Origin: a virus
Lineage: Duplodnaviria > Caudoviricetes
Length of the DNA stretch: 40,117 nucleotides
Virus record (IMG/VR): IMGVR_UViG_3300024287_000003
Coordinates: 1 to 40,117 of that record
Reading direction: 5' to 3' (one strand)
Part shown: one piece after another, positions 34,840 to 40,117 of the stretch
How positions within the stretch are numbered: the first letter of the stretch is position 1
How the letters are laid out: every line of letters starts with the position of its first letter
Translations under genes and position numbers: made by a program
The notes under the pieces: model-generated
What the model was told of the DNA's origin: nothing
Databases searched by the model: none
What the model saw: only the letters and a program-made list of their open reading frames with translations

Positions 34840-35795
34840 GCGATAATGAAAAACCATCGGTCGATCTGAGCGGGCTGACGCGGTACGAATTTAGTAGGTT
34901 TAACGACAATCAGCGACAAACCTATTTCCTTACATCCGACGTTCAGGCTCTCGCCACCAAGGCAGCTCAGCCAGCACCAGCCCCGCAGCCGACCACTTCG
35001 GCGCCGCGCGTGGCAAGCATCGATACGCCGGAGTTTCGCAAGTTGCTGCGTGATTGCACTGATGTGGAAAACCCCGACGTTGGATATGGCGATGTGGCTC
35101 GGTTCATCGACGCCCACATCGCGCGCCAGGCTCAGGCTGCTCCCACGCTGGCCAGTGCACCGCAAGCAGAGCGGGCGGTAGTGCCGACCTACGAAAACAC
35201 GCAGGTAGCGTATGCCGAGGATGGTGTTCTGCACTGGATGACAGGTCGCAAGTTCGACAACTGCGAACTGTACGCCGCCCCGGTCGCGCAGGAAGGCGAG
35301 CAGAGCGCGAAGTCTGCGCCAGCCCCATACGACCACGCATGGGAGAACGCCAAGGAAATGGCTGCGCGCCGCGTCGAGGCTGACTGCATCGGGTTCGCAA
35401 AAGACGATGCGCAGTTGACCAAGATCGCACGCGACATTCGCGCTATGCGGTGCCCCGACGCGCTCGCCACCCAGAGCAGCACCGATGCCAGCGCACATGC
35501 CGCGCCTATTGGACATGTGGTCGTTTGGAACAAGGGCGGATCTGGCGAGCACAATAGCATCGAGCCGATAGGCAAGTTGGGCTACAGCTTAGCCGCACAG
35601 TTGCCGGAAGGGGCGTTGATCTGGACGACGCCACCTTCCGCACAGGCCGCGCCAGCCGAGATGCGGGATGCGGTAATTGAAGAATGTGCAGCCATGTGGG
35701 ATGCGGACGGCAAAGAGACATGGATTTCAAGGTCCATCCGCGCCAAGAAATGCACCCCGGCAGACGACAGCCAGAAAGGGGGCGGCGATGCGTAA
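34836..35795 (+). CDS. Mosaic accessory protein with Ala/Pro/Gln linkers
   Basis: Short domains joined by AQPAP/AQAAP linkers; GC-rich. Confidence 0.7.
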   Translation: MSDNEKPSVDLSGLTRYEFSRFNDNQRQTYFLTSDVQALATKAAQPAPAPQPTTSAPRVASIDTPEFRKLLRDCTDVENPDVGYGDVARFIDAHIARQAQAAPTLASAPQAERAVVPTYENTQVAYAEDGVLHWMTGRKFDNCELYAAPVAQEGEQSAKSAPAPYDHAWENAKEMAARRVEADCIGFAKDDAQLTKIARDIRAMRCPDALATQSSTDASAHAAPIGHVVVWNKGGSGEHNSIEPIGKLGYSLAAQLPEGALIWTTPPSAQAAPAEMRDAVIEECAAMWDADGKETWISRSIRAKKCTPADDSQKGGGDA

Positions 35796-35967
35796 GCCAA
35801 CTCTCAAGCAATACGAGAAGGCAGCGGCTGATGTTGCGTTCAGCTACGCGCCGGAAATCATTGAATGCCAAAAGTGCAGATGGCCACATGCCAAGGGCTA
35901 CGTGTGCGTCCACTGCGGGGACGAGAGCCCGACTCAGCCAAAAGAGAAGAAGAAAGGACAACCATGA
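35788..35967 (+). CDS. Small Zn-ribbon protein
   Basis: CQKC..CVHC; coupled to both neighbours. Confidence 0.65.
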   Translation: MRKPTLKQYEKAAADVAFSYAPEIIECQKCRWPHAKGYVCVHCGDESPTQPKEKKKGQP

Positions 35968-36749
35968 CCACCAAGAACAACACCCCGGACAGCAGCGCAA
36001 CGAGCGGCGAAGTGCCGCACAAAGTAGCGGCTTCATTCCTTCGCAAGCACGATGGCTTGAACGTTATCAAGAAAAATACTGTGGCGTACAGCATAGCGGT
36101 TTCGGCGCTTCAATCCGCCTTGTACCGCTCCCCAGCCCCCCAAGCGGCCACCACGGAGCAGGTTGGAGAGGCTGTTGCTGACGAAACTGTGCGCGAGTTG
36201 GCCGAATTCGTCGTCAAGCACGCGGTGGCCGACCACATTGACACCAACGGCCCCGATTGCCGTTCTTGCGCGTGCTGTGACAAAGAAATTCCAATCAACA
36301 CCAGCCTGTATGGGCCGTTGACGCTGGAACACCGCAACGACTGTCTGTTCGTCAAAGCGCAAGCCATCCTCGCCTCCCCTGCGGCCACCACGGCAAGCGC
36401 GAGCGGGGGAAATGCCCCATTTGGTTGCCAGCGCAGCGTGTTGAAGATTGGCATGTGCCGCCAATGGTGCGGTAACAGCTATAAGTGCGCGGTCGGCGCG
36501 TTCCTGATTTACGTTGAAGGGCAGCCAGTTGATGTTCGCAGGCACTACGCCGAGAAGCACAAGATGGCACTCCCTGCTAATCCAACAATGAGTGGCGCTG
36601 AAATCCGGCGCTCCACGCGGGTCGAGATGGATTGCGGTTACGGCGTGTATCTCTATCAAGATGGGAGGCTAAGTATCGTTGGAGACAGTGACGCTGTCGT
36701 GCTCCAGCCCGGTATGAGATTCTGCATTATCCCGCCAGCTACTTTCTGA
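35964..36749 (+). CDS. Mosaic accessory protein with a C-terminal multi-ubiquitin-like domain
   Basis: AAGGA RBS; C-terminus IYVEGQP...MSGAEIR...VGDSDAVVLQPGMRFCIIPPATF. Confidence 0.65.
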   Translation: MTTKNNTPDSSATSGEVPHKVAASFLRKHDGLNVIKKNTVAYSIAVSALQSALYRSPAPQAATTEQVGEAVADETVRELAEFVVKHAVADHIDTNGPDCRSCACCDKEIPINTSLYGPLTLEHRNDCLFVKAQAILASPAATTASASGGNAPFGCQRSVLKIGMCRQWCGNSYKCAVGAFLIYVEGQPVDVRRHYAEKHKMALPANPTMSGAEIRRSTRVEMDCGYGVYLYQDGRLSIVGDSDAVVLQPGMRFCIIPPATF

Positions 36750-36759
36750 AAGGCGAACT

Positions 36760-37410
36760 ATGAAATCCATTACCGAAGTAGATGGCCGCGCCCCAGCACC
36801 CAGCCGTGAGGCTGCGCCGCTGGATGAGCGGGCGCTGTTTGAGGCGTGGCTTGAGAAAGCCTGGCCTATGCTGACAGTCGATTTCGCTCCTTTAAACGGT
36901 TTTTATAAGGGCGATGACGGCGCGTGTATTCAAGATAAGTGGGAAGGCTGGCAGGCCCGCGCCGCACTCGCCCAGCCAGAAGCGCCTGTAGTGGACGGGG
37001 AGCTGACGCCGCTGCCGGTCCAACACGAAGAATTGCTGGCACAAGGGAAGTGTGAGTCGTGCGACGGGCGCGGCCACGATGGCGAAATGCACTATCAAGG
37101 AGAATTCCAGCCGCCCGAGCCGTGCAGGTGCCCCGATTGCGACGGCACGGGGCAAGTCGCCATCGACGCGCGCGCAGCGTTAAAAAACGAGCTGCACGAA
37201 CTCGGTGAATTGCAGCAGGCGGTAAAGCGTCGATCGATGATCTACCAAGTTAGCGATAAAGAGTGGGTCGCCAAGTTGAATGGGGTAGCGCCCGACACCT
37301 ACTACAACTTGCCTTATGTAGAGTGGAAGCATATCCGCGATGCCGCTATTGACGCCGCTACCGCAGCCCCACCGCACCCCGAGCCAGTAGGCGGGAAAGA
37401 GCAGGCATGA
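36760..37410 (+). CDS. Mosaic accessory protein with a DnaJ-type Zn finger
   Basis: DERALFEAW..WEGWQARA, CESCDGRG and CPDCDGTG. Confidence 0.7.
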   Translation: MKSITEVDGRAPAPSREAAPLDERALFEAWLEKAWPMLTVDFAPLNGFYKGDDGACIQDKWEGWQARAALAQPEAPVVDGELTPLPVQHEELLAQGKCESCDGRGHDGEMHYQGEFQPPEPCRCPDCDGTGQVAIDARAALKNELHELGELQQAVKRRSMIYQVSDKEWVAKLNGVAPDTYYNLPYVEWKHIRDAAIDAATAAPPHPEPVGGKEQA

Positions 37411-37736
37411 GCATCGACATCGAAAAAGAACGCGAATCTGCTATCGCCTGGGCTGAGCGTCACTATCGCAACGTGGATGAGTTCACGCGTAACGACCTAG
37501 AGATTGCAGTCACAGCATGGCTCGCCGCTAAGAGTAACGCCACCCAGCCCGCACCCATTCAAGTGCAAGCGGGAGAGGCGCTGACGGATGCCGAGATACT
37601 GAGAATTGCCGAAGATGAGGCGATCACTTGGGTGACGGACGAACGCAGGCCGGACAATTCCACCATCCTCAGCTTCACTCGCGCCATTATTGCCGCCATC
37701 AAAGCAGGCGGGCAAGGCGGGGATGGTGGACGATGA
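37407..37736 (+). CDS. Mosaic accessory protein
   Basis: ATGA overlap; LTDAEI...FTRAI module. Confidence 0.65.
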   Translation: MSIDIEKERESAIAWAERHYRNVDEFTRNDLEIAVTAWLAAKSNATQPAPIQVQAGEALTDAEILRIAEDEAITWVTDERRPDNSTILSFTRAIIAAIKAGGQGGDGGR

Positions 37737-37840
37737 ACATCCACACAATCTGGCTAATCCTATGGAATATGTGGATTGGTTCACCCACTTGCAGCGGCAA
37801 TTGCAACCAAGGCCGTAAGACTTGCAATTGCCGTAAATAA
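37733..37840 (+). CDS. Small Cys-containing peptide (35 aa)
   Basis: ATGA overlap; CSGNCNQGRKTCNC. Confidence 0.55.
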   Translation: MNIHTIWLILWNMWIGSPTCSGNCNQGRKTCNCRK

Positions 37841-37846
37841 CAACCC

Positions 37847-37866
37847 CGCGCCCTCGGGCGCGTTTT
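37847..37866 (+). terminator. Terminator-like hairpin before the primase gene
   Basis: CGCGCCC-tc-GGGCGCG-TTTT. Confidence 0.55.
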
Positions 37867-37877
37867 CTAGGGAATCC

Positions 37878-40117
37878 ATGTCAGACCTTTATCCAATCGC
37901 AACAGATTATCTCGACGCGCACATGCGTCTCATTCCTCTTTATCCACTCATCCATGGCAAATGCGGCTGCCCTGATCCAGAATGCACATCAGCAGCCAAG
38001 CATCCACTTCGCAGTAATTGGCAACATCAACGCCTGGTCGATACCGCCACTCTCTACGAAGTATGGCACGAAGTCTACGGCTGCAATGGCCTTGGATGGG
38101 CGCTCGACCAAGATCATATCGTTATAGATGTTGACCCGCGCAATGGCGGCAATGAATCACTAGAGAAATTGCAAAAAGATCTTGATATAGATCTGTTCGA
38201 TTTATGTAATGCCATCGTAAAAACAGGCGGGCAAGGCTTGCATTTCTATTTCAAAAAATTAGATTCTGCAATCTTAGGCTGGAAAATGCCATCAGCGTAC
38301 AAAGGCATTGATGTTAAGCAAGGCGGAGGATTTGTCGTCATTGCTGGATCGATGCATGCATCTGGCAATGAATACGAATGGCATAGCGCGGCAAAGTCTT
38401 GCTTGGATAATCTTGAAGTAATCCCCGAGAAATTAGCCGCATTACTTGCAAAATCTCACGCTGAGCATCGAGAAGCCGTAAAAGCAAGCGGAACGGCTGA
38501 TCTTGATGAAGTACGCGATATGCTCAGTTACATCACGCCCAATCTTCACCACGACGATTGGGTAAAAGTTGGCATGATCATCCATTCTGCCACTGATGGA
38601 AGCATGGAAGGACTCCAAACATGGGATACATGGAGCCAGCCTGGGACTACCTACAAGGAAGGATTGTGCTCGCGAAAATGGCATAGCTTTGGCAAGTACC
38701 ATGATCGCCCAGTGGGTATGGGATCACTTGTCACCATGGCGCGCGCGGCAGGATGGGAGCCAGCGGCAGATTCAACGGCATTGACGCCCGACCAATTGCA
38801 AGAAATTAAGGATTCATGGGCGCAGAAGGTTGCTGATCGCGTTACATTGCCTTCCATAGCGGACGATGCCGACATCAGCATTTATGAGCCTCCAGGGCTT
38901 CTCGGGAAGATCAATGATTATGTTTATTCATGTTCAGTCTTCCCGAATCGCAATCTTGCGCTGGCTTGCTCGCTTTCTGTTTTGACAAATATCATTGGTC
39001 GAAAATATCACTTCCAAGGGCGATTTGCCAATGTCCAGCCAAATCTTTTGATTCTCTGCATTGCAGGATCATCAGTCGGAAAGGATAGCGTACTAGGTGC
39101 AGCACAGAATCTTCTAAATGTCGCAAGCCTGGATTTTGCCACGCATGGCCGTATCAAATCAGATAAGGATCTAGTTGATGCTCTTGAGCGCAATCAGTAC
39201 GCGATGTATTACATCGATGAATTCGGAGGTGTGCTGCAACGCATCAACAATGCCATGAAGAAGGGTGGCGCCAGCTATCTTGAAGGCATCATCTACACGA
39301 CCATGGAAATGTTCACCAAGGGCGACAAGACGGCCAACATCGATTTATCTCGCAAAGAAGCCATACGTGAGCACTACGAAGAAATCTTGCAGAAGATGAG
39401 CAAGGCGCTCAAGGATGGGAATTTCAGTGACCAGGCCGCAGTAGAAGCTAAGATCAAGCGTTGCAAGCAACTGCTCAAGCGTTTCGAAAAAGGTCTGCCA
39501 AATCCATTCTTGTCCATGTTCACCACTGCCACTCCTCGCACAATGGAACTGGCATTTAGCGGTGACTCGACTGACAACGGTTTTTTGAGCCGCGCCATGG
39601 TCTTCCATGAGTACGAGACCAATCCAAGGCCAAAGCCTGATTGGGCTGGCGTTCCGCAGATCCCCATGGGTTTGCAGATGGCGATTCGTTCCATCCGGTT
39701 TGACCGGGACGAATGCCCGTTCGGACGCGTGGACAGCTTCGACCAAAAGCAAGTTGAACTCAAGATTGACAAAGATGCTCAAGTCTTCATTGATCGTGCC
39801 ATTGACTACTTCTTTGACTTGGCCGAGACACAGAAGGAATCTGGACTTGAATCCCTGCCACGTAGGGGCTTTGATGGCGTTATGAAGGTCTGCATAGCAT
39901 TGGCTGCTGAAAGTGGCACCTTGACCCTTCCAATGGCTCGCTATGCGGTAAAACTGGTGCGTTCCGAGATGGACAAGAAGATTCGGCGCGTCAATTCTAC
40001 CGAAGGCATGGCAAGCCGCAATGTCAACGAGAAGATGGATGCTGTTGCTCATCGCATCTGTGAGATTTGTACAACAGACTCAGGAGAGACTTTGGCTGTG
40101 ATGCATCGCCAGTGCAA
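37878..40117 (+). CDS. Bifunctional primase-polymerase (AEP) / PriCT-2 / helicase-like replication protein, about 793 aa, continuing across the join to the stop at 269
   Basis: ATG at 37878 reads MSDLYPIATDYLDAHMRLIPLYPL..CGCPDPEC..AKHP, then VIDVDPRNGG, KTGGQGLHFYF, PriCT-like HDDWVKVGMIIH and Walker-like AGSSVGKD and YYIDEFG. It is in frame with the ATG at 40008 (= position 18). It is absent from the ORF track because it has no stop before the window end. Confidence 0.88.
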   Translation, partial: MSDLYPIATDYLDAHMRLIPLYPLIHGKCGCPDPECTSAAKHPLRSNWQHQRLVDTATLYEVWHEVYGCNGLGWALDQDHIVIDVDPRNGGNESLEKLQKDLDIDLFDLCNAIVKTGGQGLHFYFKKLDSAILGWKMPSAYKGIDVKQGGGFVVIAGSMHASGNEYEWHSAAKSCLDNLEVIPEKLAALLAKSHAEHREAVKASGTADLDEVRDMLSYITPNLHHDDWVKVGMIIHSATDGSMEGLQTWDTWSQPGTTYKEGLCSRKWHSFGKYHDRPVGMGSLVTMARAAGWEPAADSTALTPDQLQEIKDSWAQKVADRVTLPSIADDADISIYEPPGLLGKINDYVYSCSVFPNRNLALACSLSVLTNIIGRKYHFQGRFANVQPNLLILCIAGSSVGKDSVLGAAQNLLNVASLDFATHGRIKSDKDLVDALERNQYAMYYIDEFGGVLQRINNAMKKGGASYLEGIIYTTMEMFTKGDKTANIDLSRKEAIREHYEEILQKMSKALKDGNFSDQAAVEAKIKRCKQLLKRFEKGLPNPFLSMFTTATPRTMELAFSGDSTDNGFLSRAMVFHEYETNPRPKPDWAGVPQIPMGLQMAIRSIRFDRDECPFGRVDSFDQKQVELKIDKDAQVFIDRAIDYFFDLAETQKESGLESLPRRGFDGVMKVCIALAAESGTLTLPMARYAVKLVRSEMDKKIRRVNSTEGMASRNVNEKMDAVAHRICEICTTDSGETLAVMHRQC
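39991..40117. repeat. Terminal direct repeat, copy 2
   Basis: tcaattctac...cagtgcaa is identical to 1-127. Confidence 0.95.

Overview
This window is a complete circular (or circularly permuted) genome of a tailed dsDNA phage, about 39,990 bp. Bases 1-127 are repeated exactly at 39991-40117, and a primase-helicase ORF runs across the join. The virion module is P22-like (podovirus): terminase, portal, scaffold, coat, gp4-like, gp10-like, three ejection proteins and a tailspike. It is followed by a Gram-negative lysis cassette (GH108 endolysin, holin candidates, Rz with embedded Rz1). The replication and recombination module comprises an AEP prim-pol/helicase, an SF2 helicase, a PD-(D/E)XK nuclease, a Sak4-like ATPase and an SSB. 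I found no integrase or CI-like repressor, so the phage is probably virulent; a betaproteobacterial host is a guess. The best candidate for a new system is an unannotated cluster at 25.3-28.4 kb. It contains a Gly-zipper/Gln-rich protein and a small hydrophobic protein that share a C-terminal amyloid-like motif conserved at the protein level, a divergent small regulator, a Cys-rich micro-peptide behind a possible RNA switch, and two paralogous helical proteins. Other highlights are a four-copy phage-specific promoter box with fixed -10 spacing, a covarying pseudoknot motif in the scaffold and coat leaders, a ubiquitin-like domain lacking its terminal Gly, and a cupin plus 2OG-Fe(II) hydroxylase pair among the virion genes. 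All family calls come from motif recognition by eye; no database search was run.
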